Virus record (IMG/VR): IMGVR_UViG_3300046167_000801
Length of the DNA: 64,000 nucleotides
Reading direction: 5' to 3' (one strand)
From: a virus
Lineage: Duplodnaviria; Caudoviricetes
The position numbers and the translations under genes are program-made. This document shows positions 1-10,227 of this stretch, piece after piece (position 1 is the stretch's first letter; the number at the start of each line of letters is the position of its first letter). The notes beneath the pieces were generated by a model, which did not search any database, had not been told where the DNA came from, and worked only from the letters and a program-made list of their open reading frames with translations.

Positions 1-516
1 AATATTTCTTGGACATCTGATGGTTATCCCGAATTTAATGGTAGTTCTAATTATATTGACATAGATAGTGTTACTTTAGGTAATGGTAGTTGGGCTATAG
101 AGGTTATTGTAAACGCACATAGTTCCAGTTATTCAATATTATCTAATAATTCGGGAGGTCCCGTTACAAACGCATTTGGGATATATGGTAATAAGATGCA
201 TTATAGAAATTATGATGGATCATGGAAAAACCACAACAGTAATATTACGGTAAACTATAATGAATATTATCATTTAGTATGGGTGAATAGGGGTTATAAC
301 TCTTCAATGGACCTTTACATAAACGGTGTTAAAGACAGTACCTCAGGATTTAATAGTTATACAACAAATGGTGGTCCTGTGAATAGTATAGGTAAAAGTT
401 GGAACGCTTATTTCGATGGTACCATACCTGTATTTAGAAGATACAATAATGAATTGTCAGATAATGAGGTATATCAAAATTATATCTCATTTAAAACACC
501 ATTTGGTTTAGATTAG
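1..516 (+). CDS. LamG/concanavalin A-like domain protein, 5'-truncated by the window edge
   Basis: Frame +1 is open from base 1 (NISWTSDGYPEFNGSSNYIDID...), so the Met at 196 is internal. FNGSSNYI, HLVWV, LYINGVKD and FRRYNNELSDNEVYQNY match the LamG_3 pattern. Confidence 0.8.
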   Translation, partial: NISWTSDGYPEFNGSSNYIDIDSVTLGNGSWAIEVIVNAHSSSYSILSNNSGGPVTNAFGIYGNKMHYRNYDGSWKNHNSNITVNYNEYYHLVWVNRGYNSSMDLYINGVKDSTSGFNSYTTNGGPVNSIGKSWNAYFDGTIPVFRRYNNELSDNEVYQNYISFKTPFGLD

Positions 517-518
517 AC

Positions 519-547
519 TTGTTTTTTTAGTATATTTTCTTTATATT
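519..547 (+). promoter_or_regulatory. Putative Bacteroidota-type promoter TTG-N20-TATATT
   Basis: TTG at 519-521 and TATATT at 542-547, 7 nt before the ATG at 555. The same geometry recurs at about 12 sites. Confidence 0.6.
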
Positions 548-554
548 AATACCT

Positions 555-1289
555 ATGGAGAACATAGGTTTCGGAATTATGTGCTTCGGTGATGATAAAT
601 ACTTCAAAGGAGCAAAGGATATTATAGACAACCTCACTAAGATGGGGTTTCCTTGTTATGTACTTACCGATAATGAAAACCACTTTTTAGAGAAGTATTG
701 GGGGAGGATAACCATAGTTCCTTATAAGAGAACATACAAATCATATTATGATAAGGTTCTTTTAGTAAAAGAAATTCATAGAGTTCACGACGTATGTATT
801 TTATTAGATGCCGACTTATACGTCAAAGATTACAATTTATTTGAGAGATTCAGAAATTACAACTTCAAAGACGGTGTTTCATATATAGATACCTTATGGA
901 ATCATAGTGCAAAATTTAAAACTGTAGGTGATATCCCAATGCAGGGAGATGAATGGTTAGAGTATAAAAATTATGCTAAATCGTTATATCCTAATATAGA
1001 TAACTTAGAAACACTTTGGGAATATTTTATTGTATTCAATAAAAGTGGTTTTAAAACTAATGATTTTTTTAAATCATATGAGAAATTACAAATAGTAAAA
1101 GAATATTGTGATTTAAGGTACAATAAAGATGTTTCGGGTGCTGGTGAAGGGGTATCCGTGTCCATTGCATGTAAATTGAATCAAATACCCATACAAAAAG
1201 ATTTAAAATTGGTTTCATTAACAAGTAATGTATTAAAACCCATCACAAGACATACTCCAAGTAGAGAAATACCTCATCACTTAAAATGA
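555..1289 (+). CDS. Putative GT-A fold glycosyltransferase
   Basis: DKVLLV...ILLDADL (DxD) pattern; first gene of the glycosylation island. Confidence 0.6.
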   Translation: MENIGFGIMCFGDDKYFKGAKDIIDNLTKMGFPCYVLTDNENHFLEKYWGRITIVPYKRTYKSYYDKVLLVKEIHRVHDVCILLDADLYVKDYNLFERFRNYNFKDGVSYIDTLWNHSAKFKTVGDIPMQGDEWLEYKNYAKSLYPNIDNLETLWEYFIVFNKSGFKTNDFFKSYEKLQIVKEYCDLRYNKDVSGAGEGVSVSIACKLNQIPIQKDLKLVSLTSNVLKPITRHTPSREIPHHLK

Positions 1290-2011
1290 TAACTAACCAA
1301 AATTACATAGAGTCCAATATAACTACAGATAATGGTGAAAAACTACCTTTTCTGTGGACACATGGTGCAACTAACAGTCATTTGGGTGATGGGATTGTTG
1401 TTTACTCCATGATACAACACATGAGATATAAAAATTGTGTTTGTATTGGAACGGGGGGTGGTTACATTCCGAGAATAATGACACAAGCAAGAATCGATCT
1501 ACATAAACAAGGAATTTTTGAAGGTAACCCCACGTATAGTTGGGGTGATATTGGAACAACATATGTTGTTGATCCTTGTAATGGTGTTGGTGGTGATAGT
1601 AATATATGTGATATGGAAGGTTTTTATCAGAAGACCTTCTTCCCAAGATTCATAAAGGAGACATCAGAAAAAGCGTATTATGATTTTTTTGTTAGAGAAG
1701 ATATCATGATTGATTTACTTTTTATTGATGGTGACCATTCGTACGAAGGTGTGAAGAAAGATTTTGATCTGTACTCAAAAAGGTTAAACCCCAACGGTTT
1801 AATAATGGTGCACGATAGTGATTCTTCATATTCCGAAACTTTAATTATATCTGAAGATTCTAAAAAAGATTTCTTCCCCTTCGATGGTCCTTCCAAGTTA
1901 GTAGAAGAGTTAAAAAATAACGATGAGTGGGTAGTAATGGACTTATTTAATTTCGGAAACATAAAAGATAAACCTTCCTCAACAGGAATAACAATAATTA
2001 AGAGAAAATGA
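1286..2011 (+). CDS. Class I SAM-dependent methyltransferase (Methyltransf_24-like)
   Basis: CIGTGGGY SAM-binding motif and IDLLFIDGDHSYEGVKKDF...GLIMVHD. Confidence 0.85.
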   Translation: MITNQNYIESNITTDNGEKLPFLWTHGATNSHLGDGIVVYSMIQHMRYKNCVCIGTGGGYIPRIMTQARIDLHKQGIFEGNPTYSWGDIGTTYVVDPCNGVGGDSNICDMEGFYQKTFFPRFIKETSEKAYYDFFVREDIMIDLLFIDGDHSYEGVKKDFDLYSKRLNPNGLIMVHDSDSSYSETLIISEDSKKDFFPFDGPSKLVEELKNNDEWVVMDLFNFGNIKDKPSSTGITIIKRK

Positions 2012-2862
2012 TAAGATTATTATGTGTTTTGGGTCATGGACATGAGTTATTACCCCATTTTATTGAACATTACAGTAAACATGTAGATGAATTACAATTT
2101 GTCATATATGAATCTGAAGCATCATCAAGAATACTAAGTAGGTCAAAACCAATAATTGAAAAATACGATAATTGTAAAATAGTAAAGGTGGTAAGAGATC
2201 GTGTTTTCGATTGGGAAAAAGTAACCATTCTCTATAATATGATTAAATCAAAGAAAAAGAATGATTGGTGGGTTATTGCAGATATAGATGAATTCCACGT
2301 ATATCCTTACAGTAACTTACGTGATATGATTAAAGAATGTGATGAAAATTTATGGTCGGTAGTTAGAGGTGGTTTTATAGATAGGGTCGGACCTAAAGGT
2401 GAGTTCCCTAAATTAGAAAGTTCGACACCCATATTTGAACAATTCCCATACGCAGGTTTTTTTAGGTATCCTATGAGTAATGCATGTCCCAACAAGATAT
2501 GTGTGGTAAAAGGTAATATTGAAATAACTAATGGTCAACATTATGCGAATATAGATGGTCATACCACTTGGAGGTGGCAAGGATGGACACATCCAATGAT
2601 TGCCCCATATAAAGAACATTCCGTACAAGTACACCATTTTAAATGGGATGAAACCTGTAAGAGTCGTATTAAAAAAGTGGTAGATGTTAACGAACCGTAC
2701 GCATATTCTAAAGAATATTTAAAACTTTATGATGAATTGAGAAAAACGAACTTCATAGTTAATCTTAAAAATAAAGACTACCTATTTTTAAAGTCAAGTA
2801 AACCAATCTACAGTTCATATAAACATTGGGATAAATTAATAAGAAAAATAATAAGTATATAA
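2008..2862 (+). CDS. Glycosyltransferase, GT2-like (Glyco_tranf_2_4/GT92-like)
   Basis: LLPHFIEHYSK and WWVIADIDEFHVY (DxDE); KICV, GQH and HHFKW motifs. Confidence 0.75.
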   Translation: MIRLLCVLGHGHELLPHFIEHYSKHVDELQFVIYESEASSRILSRSKPIIEKYDNCKIVKVVRDRVFDWEKVTILYNMIKSKKKNDWWVIADIDEFHVYPYSNLRDMIKECDENLWSVVRGGFIDRVGPKGEFPKLESSTPIFEQFPYAGFFRYPMSNACPNKICVVKGNIEITNGQHYANIDGHTTWRWQGWTHPMIAPYKEHSVQVHHFKWDETCKSRIKKVVDVNEPYAYSKEYLKLYDELRKTNFIVNLKNKDYLFLKSSKPIYSSYKHWDKLIRKIISI

Positions 2863-2864
2863 TC

Positions 2865-3092
2865 ATGGCAAAAAAACAAATAAAAACAAATATATCTTTT
2901 GAAGAAGAAAGATTAATCTTAGAAGAAAGAAAAGTTAAATCGTTAGAAAAAATTGCAAATACTTTGGATGCACTAACAATATGGTTTGAAGAAATAGACA
3001 AATCGGGTTGGGATGAAAGAATCCAATATTATATGCACGAATGGCATAAACACACTATACAAGATAATGACGAAGACGAAGAAGAAGAATAA
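2865..3092 (+). CDS. Hypothetical protein, 75 aa, acidic C-terminus
   Basis: Fills the gap in a co-directional operon. Confidence 0.6.
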   Translation: MAKKQIKTNISFEEERLILEERKVKSLEKIANTLDALTIWFEEIDKSGWDERIQYYMHEWHKHTIQDNDEDEEEE

Positions 3093-4491
3093 GATAGCGG
3101 TCATAGTCCCATACCGAGATAGGTATAGACAATTATTAAAATTTAAAGAAAAGATTGGTGAGTACTTGAGTGAAAACGGTATTGATTATGTTTTAATAGT
3201 GGTAGAACAGGATGATGCTAAATTATTTAATAGAGGTAAATTATTAAATATAGGATATAAAGAGGCAGTAAAATCAAATTGCAATTATGTGGTTTTTCAT
3301 GACATAGATATGATACCATTGAAAGTCGATTATTCATATTCGGATGTACCAATACACTTAGCCACTGATTTCTTATCTGAAGATAAAACCTTTAAGAGGG
3401 AGTTATATGATCAATATTTTGGGGGTGTTACCATATTTCCAATAGAGTCGTTTGAAATTATCAATGGTTACTCTAATGAATATTGGGGATGGGGTTTTGA
3501 AGATGACGATCTCTTCAAAAGATGTGTTGACAAGGGTATTCCGTATGATTTAAAATATGTAAATACACAAGGAGGTCCAAACTCGGCAATTAAATTTAAT
3601 GGTATGAACGCTTATTCTGAGGGATATGTAGATATCGATACAAGTGAAGATGATTTAACTATTATGGTTACAATCGACCCTGATGGAATTGTGTGTGATA
3701 CTGATCAATCGTACGATAGATATACCGCACTCTCTATTCCTAAATTAGATTTAACCATTAGTTACGATTCTTTTAGAAGATATAAGGTTTTAATGAAAGA
3801 TAATAATGATTGGTGTTATGTTGACAGTAAAATTGAAACCAACAGAAAAACAACTTTAGTTGTAACACTTAGTGTGGAAAGAAAGATCCTAACTATGTAC
3901 CAAGATTCCAAAGAGGTTGGGTCTATGAAATTTTCAAAGACTATACCTAAATGCATCAAAAAAGAGTTGTTTGTCGGATCAACTAATAAAGAAAAAGATT
4001 TATTTAAAGGTATTATATCACAGGTTGCGATTTATAATAAAATATTGAAATCGAAAGAAATAGAAGAAATATCAACCAACGAAAAGTACTCATTAACAAT
4101 GGATTTTGGCAAGTATGGATCTTCTCATGCTTTACGTCACTATTTCGATATGAAGTACATAAGTGAATATAGGGTCATGGATTTAGTCGATAGGGAAAAT
4201 TACTTACAATTAGAAAAATGTGAACTAGTACATTATACTTATGATATTGAACATATAATAAAGGTACCATTTAGGAGAACATCTTATTTTGAGATGTTAC
4301 CTCATGAGACCACCGGATATAAAAACGGTGTGTGGTCAGATATTAATATACGTTATAATCAACTTAGGTTTCATAACGAAATGGAAAAAGGGTTTAGAGA
4401 CCCTAATAAAGACGGTCTTTCTAATTTAGATTTTAAAATATGGAACAGGACCTCAAAAAATAATCAAATACATATAAATGTTGGGATATGA
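3067..4491 (+). CDS. GT7 (beta-1,4-galactosyltransferase-like) with an inserted LamG-like domain
   Basis: AVIVPYRDR, FNRGKLLNIG, FHDID, YFGGV, WGWGFEDDD and C-terminal LPH...DGLSNLDF. Likely start is the ATG at 3067 (MTKTKKKNK) rather than 3013. Confidence 0.9.
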   Translation: MTKTKKKNKIAVIVPYRDRYRQLLKFKEKIGEYLSENGIDYVLIVVEQDDAKLFNRGKLLNIGYKEAVKSNCNYVVFHDIDMIPLKVDYSYSDVPIHLATDFLSEDKTFKRELYDQYFGGVTIFPIESFEIINGYSNEYWGWGFEDDDLFKRCVDKGIPYDLKYVNTQGGPNSAIKFNGMNAYSEGYVDIDTSEDDLTIMVTIDPDGIVCDTDQSYDRYTALSIPKLDLTISYDSFRRYKVLMKDNNDWCYVDSKIETNRKTTLVVTLSVERKILTMYQDSKEVGSMKFSKTIPKCIKKELFVGSTNKEKDLFKGIISQVAIYNKILKSKEIEEISTNEKYSLTMDFGKYGSSHALRHYFDMKYISEYRVMDLVDRENYLQLEKCELVHYTYDIEHIIKVPFRRTSYFEMLPHETTGYKNGVWSDINIRYNQLRFHNEMEKGFRDPNKDGLSNLDFKIWNRTSKNNQIHINVGI

Positions 4492-5873
4492 GTCATAAAT
4501 TAGGAATATGCATACCATATAGAAACAGGGAATCACACTTGAATGAGTTATTACCTAAATTAGATAAACATCTAAATAAACAGGGTATAGAGTACTGTGT
4601 TTATGTTGGGCATCAAGTAGATGATAAACTATTCAATAGAGGTGCAATGAAGAATATTGCTGCTGTTAAAGCAATGGAAGACGGTTGTGATTATGTTGCA
4701 TTTCATGATGTTGATATGTTACCTCATGATGAGACATGTGACTATTCATATCCCTATGATACTCCGACACATATTGCAACAAAATTATCAAAATACTCAT
4801 GGTCTATGGGTTATGAACAATATTTTGGAGGTGTCGTACTTTTCAATAAAGAACATTTAGTACAAACAAATGGGTATTCTAACAACTATTGGGATTGGGG
4901 ACAAGAGGATGATGATTTATTTTGGAGATGTTTCTATGAAGGACATTCTGATAGAAAAATATATGAAACTATTGAAGATAAAGAAGTACATCTATTTAAT
5001 GGTGAAACATCATCATTAACTTTTAAATCACATAGAGGTTTAACCACACCTTTGTTTAGAGATCACACCATCTCTATATTAGTTTCACCTGAACAACAAC
5101 CTGAAGTTGTACCAATATGGTTAGTGGGTGATGAAGAAAGAAAATTTATAGAATATCCCATACTAAGAAAAGACGGAAGTTGGACTTGGGGGATATCGTT
5201 TAACAATTCAAGAGCATTATCGATACTGAATCACGATAAGATAAACAATCCGTTATATCACTGGTCAAAGGCGGTAGAGAATAAATGGACATGGTTCACC
5301 GTTTCATATAAACACGATGAACAAAAGTTGTACATATTTTCAAATAATAAATTAGTTTCTAATAATGGAGATGTTCTTAAATCTAAACCCATTGATCTAC
5401 CAGATAAAATAAGATCTCACTCATTGATGGGTGATTTTAATATTGGTAGATGTAATCACCAAAATACCAATTTTAAGGGTAAGGTTGCAGAATTAAAAAT
5501 ATACGATAGATTCTTCGACACATTTGAAGAGTGTAAATTAAATAATGAAAATATCATATACGACATGAACAATGATGAAGATAGTATAAAAAATGATGTG
5601 GAATTACAGAAAGAGACTATCGAAATTGATGAAAGTATCTTACCATATAGACGAGAAGGTAAATTTTATTGTTTACCACATTTAGATGAAGGTTTAGTGA
5701 ATGGAAGGTGGGCTAAAGGTGAAACTACCGCAAGAAATGAAAAAAGATTTGTCACTGAAATGCAACAAGGTAAGTTAGATTATAAAACTGATGGTATTAA
5801 TAGTTTAAAATATGAACTAGTTGAAACTATCCAACATACAGAAAAATGTAAAATCTTTAATGTTAAGTTATGA
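4488..5873 (+). CDS. GT7 paralog with an inserted LamG-like domain
   Basis: ICIPYRNR, FNRGAMKNI, FHDVD, YFGGV, WDWGQEDDD and C-terminal LPH...DGINSLKY. Confidence 0.9.
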   Translation: MSHKLGICIPYRNRESHLNELLPKLDKHLNKQGIEYCVYVGHQVDDKLFNRGAMKNIAAVKAMEDGCDYVAFHDVDMLPHDETCDYSYPYDTPTHIATKLSKYSWSMGYEQYFGGVVLFNKEHLVQTNGYSNNYWDWGQEDDDLFWRCFYEGHSDRKIYETIEDKEVHLFNGETSSLTFKSHRGLTTPLFRDHTISILVSPEQQPEVVPIWLVGDEERKFIEYPILRKDGSWTWGISFNNSRALSILNHDKINNPLYHWSKAVENKWTWFTVSYKHDEQKLYIFSNNKLVSNNGDVLKSKPIDLPDKIRSHSLMGDFNIGRCNHQNTNFKGKVAELKIYDRFFDTFEECKLNNENIIYDMNNDEDSIKNDVELQKETIEIDESILPYRREGKFYCLPHLDEGLVNGRWAKGETTARNEKRFVTEMQQGKLDYKTDGINSLKYELVETIQHTEKCKIFNVKL

Positions 5874-7246
5874 GTGAGTTACTATCCAACATAAAGAAAC
5901 AACTAGACCAAAAGGGTAGAGGTTTTTGTGCTGCAAAGTGGACACAAGTAACTATACATTTAGGTACGGGGTTAACACATTCATGTCACCACCCCAACCC
6001 ACATAAAATTGGTTTAGCCGAATTAAGAAATAACCCATCGGCACTACACAACACACAACACAAAAAGAGGGCTCGTAAACAAATGTTGGAAGGTGAAAGA
6101 CCTAGTGAGTGTGATTATTGTTGGAAGATCGAGGACAACTCAAACTCATTCTCAGACAGGGTATTTAAATCTTCAGAGTCATGGTCAGCACCATACATAG
6201 AAGAAATTAAAGAATACGGATGGAGAGGTAATTATAATCCAAAATATGTTGAGGTTTCTTTCTCAAACGTATGTAATTTTAAATGTGCGTATTGTGGACC
6301 ACAATTCTCATCGAAATGGGTGAATGAGATAAATAAAAATGGTGCTTATAAATTATCGTATGATTATAATGATACGGAACATTTAAAAAAGAAAAATGAA
6401 ATGCCAATTCATCATAATGATTTTAATCCATATGTTGAGGCGTTTTGGAAATGGTTCCCTGATTTGTATCCTGACCTACACACATTTAGGGTGACGGGAG
6501 GTGAACCACTACTATCATCAGACACTTTTAAGTTATTGGAATATATACAAAATAACCACGAAGTAAATCCTAACCTATCGTTAGCCATAAACACAAATTT
6601 AGGTGTGAGTGATGATATCATTGATAGGTTCATCAATATCATAGAAGATTTAACAGAAAACAATAAAGTAAAGGAGTTTATTGTTTTTACATCAATCGAA
6701 GCAACCAAGTCACAAGCAGAATATCTGAGGTATGGGTTAGATACTAGTAAATTTTGGACTAATGTTGAGAAAATACTTAGTAAGTTACCAAAAGTGACTA
6801 TTAATATAATGTCAACATACAACGCATTATCTGTATTCACATATGATGATTTAATTGATAGAGTATTTGATCTGAAAAGAAAATACCAAAATAATGAAAG
6901 GTATTGGGTGTCTGCAATACAATTAGACACATCATACATACGACACCCTAAACACCTGTCAGTTAAAATTTTAGAGGATAATCATAAAGAATTGATTTTA
7001 CAATCAGCTAAAAAAATGTTATATTATGGTATGAAGGAATTCACTCATGATAATTATGGGTTTTCTACCGTAGAAATACAAAAATTAAAACGAACATATG
7101 ATTACGCAATTAGTACGGACGACTTCGACGTTGAAACCAACAGGAAGGATTTCGTTAAATTCGTTGATCAGTACGATAAAAGACGAAAATTAAATTTTTT
7201 GGACACATTTCCACAACTAAAAGAGTTCTATGTTAAAAATCAATAA
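5870..7246 (+). CDS. Radical SAM protein with N-terminal twitch-like Cys cluster
   Basis: CNFKCAYC (CxxxCxxC) and TGGEP; N-terminal FCAAKW...SCHHP...CDYCW. Confidence 0.9.
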   Translation: MSELLSNIKKQLDQKGRGFCAAKWTQVTIHLGTGLTHSCHHPNPHKIGLAELRNNPSALHNTQHKKRARKQMLEGERPSECDYCWKIEDNSNSFSDRVFKSSESWSAPYIEEIKEYGWRGNYNPKYVEVSFSNVCNFKCAYCGPQFSSKWVNEINKNGAYKLSYDYNDTEHLKKKNEMPIHHNDFNPYVEAFWKWFPDLYPDLHTFRVTGGEPLLSSDTFKLLEYIQNNHEVNPNLSLAINTNLGVSDDIIDRFINIIEDLTENNKVKEFIVFTSIEATKSQAEYLRYGLDTSKFWTNVEKILSKLPKVTINIMSTYNALSVFTYDDLIDRVFDLKRKYQNNERYWVSAIQLDTSYIRHPKHLSVKILEDNHKELILQSAKKMLYYGMKEFTHDNYGFSTVEIQKLKRTYDYAISTDDFDVETNRKDFVKFVDQYDKRRKLNFLDTFPQLKEFYVKNQ

Positions 7247-7814
7247 AGGGGAACCTTGGATATTTTGGCCTAATAGTATTTGTGAAACATTTCCTGAAGA
7301 TGCGGGAAACAAAATACTATCCAATAAATTAAATTACACCTTAGAAGTTGATTTTGTATTAACAGATGAGAGTGATTTGGAGAAAACTCTATTTGCATTA
7401 GTACCAAGGTATATGGGTTTAAATATTAACCCTACTAATATCTCATTTACAATCACTTTTCAAGATGATGTAGAATATTATACCTTAGAACATATGGTGG
7501 TCCCTAATCAACTAACTAATATTAAATTAAATCACATTTATAAAGATAGGTTTGAATTGTTTTTAAATGGTGAAGTAATATTAAATGTTGATTTGAGTGA
7601 AAGGGAATTAGGTTTAGACCACTCACCTCACATAATTTTTGGTGCGGGTAACTTCCCTAAGAATAAAACGAATACAAATTATACTGAATTTGAGTTTCAT
7701 AAGTTTAAACTAATAACAGATGGTAAATTAATATCTGAACATACGTTTGAGGAATTTATACATAACAAATCAGTAGATATTTCAGGGAATTGTAATTTCC
7801 TACATAAAATTTAA
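7230..7814 (+). CDS. Stand-alone LamG-like beta-sandwich protein
   Basis: Beta-rich with FELFLNGEVI and IIFGAGN; resembles the inserts in the GT7 genes. Confidence 0.5.
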   Translation: MLKINKGEPWIFWPNSICETFPEDAGNKILSNKLNYTLEVDFVLTDESDLEKTLFALVPRYMGLNINPTNISFTITFQDDVEYYTLEHMVVPNQLTNIKLNHIYKDRFELFLNGEVILNVDLSERELGLDHSPHIIFGAGNFPKNKTNTNYTEFEFHKFKLITDGKLISEHTFEEFIHNKSVDISGNCNFLHKI

Positions 7815-7831
7815 AATTATAATATAAAATA

Positions 7832-9400
7832 ATGAGTATAGATGCAAGAAAACCCGGTGAAACATTTCTCGAATATCGAGATCGGGTAATTAACAAAATT
7901 TCACCTTCATTTTGTGGGGCTAAATGGTATAATGCAACGATATGGTTAGGTAACGGGGCAACAACAAGTTGTCATCACCCACCGTCACATAAGATACCAC
8001 TAACAGATCTTGAAAAATCGTATAAAGCAATCCATAATACCACATATAAGAAGGCGGTACGTAAACAAATGTTGGAGGGTGTACGTCCAAAAGAATGTGA
8101 TTACTGTTGGAGAATAGAAGATTTGGGGAAAGATATGATTTCTGATAGAACACATAAATCAGTCATTTACACTGATAAAGAATTGGTTGATGCCAAGGAA
8201 AAGTTAGGTGCAAGTGAAGATGTGGATCTAAGGACTTTAGAAATTTCGTTTGATCCTGTATGTAACTTTGCTTGTTCATATTGTAACTCATCGTTTTCCA
8301 CAACATGGCAAAAAGACATCAATAAGAATGGTCCCTACCAAAATCTGGTAAGTGATGGTGCGGGTGCATTTCAACATAATGGTGACCATGCAATGCCTTA
8401 TGGAAAATTAAATTTAAAAAACCCCTATGTCGACGCATTTTGGAAATGGTGGGAGGGTGAATTACAACACTCATTACGAGAGTTAAGGGTAACAGGTGGT
8501 GAACCATCAATGTCCCGTAATTTTTGGAAATTAATGAAGTGGTGGGAAACAAACCAAAACTCAGAAATTGATTTTGCAATAAACTCTAACTTGGGTATAA
8601 GTGATAAAATAATGGACGCACTTATTAAGTATAGTCACAATGTTAAATCATTTCACATTTATACAAGTTGTGAAGCGTATGGAACTCATGCGGAATATAT
8701 TAGAGACGGATTAGATTGGAGGAAGTGGTTAAAAAATGTAGATAGAATATTAGATGAGGGAAATATTAAATCACTTAATATGATGTTAACAATAAACTCA
8801 TTATGTCTTTTTAGTTTACCTGAGTTTATGGATGAAATGATGAAAATTAAAAGAAGACATAAATCCTCATCACCTGTATGTTCTTTTAACATTCTAAGAT
8901 TCCCGTCATTTCAATCAATTGTGACATTACCAATGCAAATGAGATTAGAAAGGGCGGATGCACTCGAAAAATGGATCGAGGACAATTACACTGATGGTTC
9001 TAACTATTTTATGGATTGGGAGCGTGATGGTATGGTCCGTTTAATCAACTATCTAAGAAATACTGAGGAAGGTCATGACCATACATCATCTATAGAGACT
9101 AGAGAACGGGATTTTAAATCATTTTACAAACAATATGATAAACGTAGAGGTAAAAATTTCTTAGAAACGTTCCCTATGTTAAAAAAGTGGTGGGATTTGA
9201 TACCTGACACAAATATCAAGGAGTTGGAGACAACATTAAATGGTGATGATACTAAACATAATAAATATGTTAATGAAGTACTCACCATCGCTAAGGAAGA
9301 AGGTTGGGTTTTAGAACCTCAGTGGGCTAATCCTGGTGCACAAGATTATGTTGAATCCCCTGAGGAGATAAACATACTTGACTACATTAAAAAATTATAA
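7832..9400 (+). CDS. Radical SAM protein with twitch-like cluster (paralog of 5870-7246)
   Basis: CNFACSYC, TGGEP, FCGAKW...SCHHP...CDYCW, and a shared C-terminal YDKRR..NFL.TFP.L. Confidence 0.9.
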   Translation: MSIDARKPGETFLEYRDRVINKISPSFCGAKWYNATIWLGNGATTSCHHPPSHKIPLTDLEKSYKAIHNTTYKKAVRKQMLEGVRPKECDYCWRIEDLGKDMISDRTHKSVIYTDKELVDAKEKLGASEDVDLRTLEISFDPVCNFACSYCNSSFSTTWQKDINKNGPYQNLVSDGAGAFQHNGDHAMPYGKLNLKNPYVDAFWKWWEGELQHSLRELRVTGGEPSMSRNFWKLMKWWETNQNSEIDFAINSNLGISDKIMDALIKYSHNVKSFHIYTSCEAYGTHAEYIRDGLDWRKWLKNVDRILDEGNIKSLNMMLTINSLCLFSLPEFMDEMMKIKRRHKSSSPVCSFNILRFPSFQSIVTLPMQMRLERADALEKWIEDNYTDGSNYFMDWERDGMVRLINYLRNTEEGHDHTSSIETRERDFKSFYKQYDKRRGKNFLETFPMLKKWWDLIPDTNIKELETTLNGDDTKHNKYVNEVLTIAKEEGWVLEPQWANPGAQDYVESPEEINILDYIKKL

Positions 9401-9429
9401 GATTTATATTTATAATAAAAACTCTAAGA

Positions 9430-10224
9430 ATGGTTGAGGGGAAAAAAGTATTATTAGCAAGTGGGTGTAGTTTCACATTTGAAGATTGGAATTGGCCGGG
9501 ACATTTGGCACAAAAATTAAATTTAAATGTGATGAACAAAGGAATGGCATCACAAGGTAATGGACTAATTTCTCGTAAGGTTATTTCAGGATTAGATGAG
9601 TTACTTAAAACATATAAGAAAGAAGAAATATTAGTTGGTATAATGTGGTCGGGAGTTAATAGACATGAGTATTATACTGAAGACACAGAAGATGTCAAAA
9701 CATGGGGATTTTTTAGTAAAGATGATAATACTATAAAAAATCCAACCGATGTTATTGATGGTAAGTTTAATTGGAGAATATTAAACATTAATTGGGAAAG
9801 TAAAGAAGTTAAATCATACTATGAAGTCTTTCATAATGAAATATCATCCATGGTCTTTACTATCGAACACATATTAAGAATTCAGTGGTACTTAGACAGT
9901 TTGGGTATTGATTATTTTATGTCAACTTATATGGATATATTTAAATGGGGACACTTAAAATATCACCCTGAAATAGTACCTCTTTTCTCTAAGGTAAATC
10001 TAGATAAATTTCTACCTATTGACGGTTGTATGGAATGGGTTCAAAATAACTATGATGAGTTAGGGATGCCAATGTCATTTGACAAGGATGGTAATCGAGG
10101 TGTACACCCAACATCCTATGGTCATGAAAAATTTGCTGAAGAGGTAATTATACCTCATTTGAGTTCGAATAACATAAAAACTAAAAATTCGGATAATATA
10201 AAAACTAAACGAAAATTAATTTAA
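9430..10224 (+). CDS. SGNH/GDSL hydrolase-like protein
   Basis: LLASGCSFT nucleophile block and GVHPTSYGH catalytic His block. Confidence 0.75.
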   Translation: MVEGKKVLLASGCSFTFEDWNWPGHLAQKLNLNVMNKGMASQGNGLISRKVISGLDELLKTYKKEEILVGIMWSGVNRHEYYTEDTEDVKTWGFFSKDDNTIKNPTDVIDGKFNWRILNINWESKEVKSYYEVFHNEISSMVFTIEHILRIQWYLDSLGIDYFMSTYMDIFKWGHLKYHPEIVPLFSKVNLDKFLPIDGCMEWVQNNYDELGMPMSFDKDGNRGVHPTSYGHEKFAEEVIIPHLSSNNIKTKNSDNIKTKRKLI

Positions 10225-10227
10225 TTT

